Shown here: positions 62,231 to 64,000 of the stretch, piece by piece | Layout: each line of letters starts with the position of its first letter | How positions within the stretch are numbered: position 1 is the stretch's first letter | Assembly: GCA_965655095.1 (NCBI GenBank) | Contig: OZ296650.1 | Coordinates: 107,508,001 to 107,572,000 of the forward strand | Direction of reading: 5' to 3' | Length of the DNA stretch: 64,000 bases | Source: Haplodiscus bocki | Lineage: Eukaryota | Position numbers and translations under genes: made by a program | Notes under the pieces: model-generated | Databases searched by the model: none | What the model was told of the DNA's origin: nothing | Seen by the model: the letters and a program-made list of their open reading frames with translations, nothing else

Positions 62231-64000
62231 TGTTTAGGAATTAAGAAAGTTTCTTTTCTCGATGTGCTTTTCCAGTTGGTAAGTTTTGTTTTTTTCCTAC
62301 TTCAGACGGAATTTTCGTTGGACCATTTTTTGTATTGTAGAAAATTTTCTCAGGGCTGTCGAGTTACTTACAACTGAGGTTTTTTTGCGAGGAAGTGTAA
62401 GATATCATGTCGTACAGTTCAATTGCTTCCTCAAAAATTTTTGTTCAAGAAAATCGTTTGCATCTGGAAAAATTCATCTTTTTCTTGTTTTCAACCTGGG
62501 TTATGCTGAAAGCTAGCTTTGAAGAAGAGAGTTTAAGCGAAACTGATTTTCGCACTGTTTTTATCGTCCGGATGTAGTTGTCTTAAAAGTGATGAAACTG
62601 AACCAATTTCTTTCATGTAAAGTTTTCTAAAATGTTTTTTTTTCACGTATATTGATTTAGTCGAGATTTTCGAGATTTTGTCAGATTTTATAAAAATGAT
62701 CCAATCCTTCTTTCTTCAAAAGCGTAATAGTCAGTCGTTATGTTGGTCGTTATTCAAAGTTGTTCACTCGACTACACATTCAGTTTCTTCCACCCAGTAG
62801 ATAATGGGAATTGTTTTTAATGTGTTTTAAATTAACAGTGGCACTTTTTCGAGATTTTGTTTGAGTTTCGAGAAATGAAGGTCTAAGCATCGCAATGAAT
62901 GCATATGATGTCGATTTTAGTCTTTTTCAGAAATGTTTTCTGCTAAACTACACACTCCTTTCATCTAGGGCTTCATGGAACTTTTTCGTTTGTAGGTTTA
63001 AGTTGAGCAGTTTTCCGGTATTGAGTTTCATTTTCGAAAATAGACCAAACATTGCTAGAAATGCATGAGAGTAACTTTTGTCCCTTTTGCATTTTTTCTC
63101 TCGGACTGCCCACTCTATTTGTTTCATCAAGTGTCTGATTCAAGGCCTGATATATGTTTATTATATTATATGATTCAGGTCTCGCTATTTTTTTGTTTCA
63201 ATTTTAGGAAATGTTGGTCCAAGCATTGCTTCACAAGTGTATGATGTTTGTTTTAAGCTTCTTCGAAATGGGTTTCCTGTCCAGCTGCCGATTCAATTTT
63301 CACATACGTGCTTACCAGAGGATTTGTTTTCTGTGGATTGGTGTAATCAAGCACTTTAGTAGTTTCAATAATCGTATTTGACAGCCGACGCGTGGACGCA
63401 CTGCGGCAAATACTGCTGCTAAAAATCATTACATATACACAACTAAGACGCAAACGCAAATATTTTTTTATGTGTATTTTTCGTATCAATGGGGGTATAC
63501 AGGAATGTTGATGAAAGAAATTATTGAAAAAACTTAAAATTATAAAAATATTTATTTTCTATGATAGAATTTTTTAACATAAAATTATTCTGAAGATCGT
63601 ATCAGTAGGAGTGCACAGGAATGATATAAAAAAATAAAAATTGACTTTAAAAAAATACTTTCTGTGAAAGATCGTTTTTACATTAAAATATTTTGAATAT
63701 CGTATACCAGCGGGGCTGACAGTACACGTATTATACATCAATGGAAGTACACAACTTCATAGAACATAGAAACTCAAATCCAAGGTATGCTTTCAATTTC
63801 ACATAATCAATATCGCTTATCATCAAAAGGTGATAGTGCAGTTTTACGTATTTTTTGAAGTTACATCTCATGATTAATTGAGCGAAATAGGAAATTAACA
63901 CATTCTTTCCGATAATCACCTTCGAAAGTATTCTTTATTTCAAATGTGTTTAATTAAATATAGAATACTACTGTGATATGTGTGATAAAACGGTTAACAT

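Overview
AT-rich animal (eukaryotic) genomic DNA with four spliced host genes, all on the + strand: farnesyl pyrophosphate synthase (2 exons), prefoldin subunit 2 (2 exons), a DUF2358/C6orf136-like gene (2 exons) and an SH3RF/POSH-like RING-SH3 E3 ligase (at least 5 exons, 22124 to about 61154). The intron that splits the second SH3 domain of the SH3RF-like gene (28139-61058, about 33 kb) holds a decayed Polinton/Maverick (endogenous DNA virus) at 28309-56938. It has AGTAG...CTACT termini, a perfect 6-bp target-site duplication (AGCGTC), and remnants of integrase, minor and major capsid, core protein, adenain protease and a group-2 (HNH-containing) protein-primed PolB. Inside the element a ~1.76-kb capsid/protease segment is amplified to 9 tandem copies with a 5291-bp three-unit higher-order repeat, and the PolB gene appears to carry GT-AG introns. 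The window also has an intact hAT transposon, a deleted hAT, two TA-flanked MITEs, a Helentron/DINE-like repeat family carrying a tRNA-like segment, and an inverted copy of part of the RING exon. All family calls come from recalled motifs; no database search was run.
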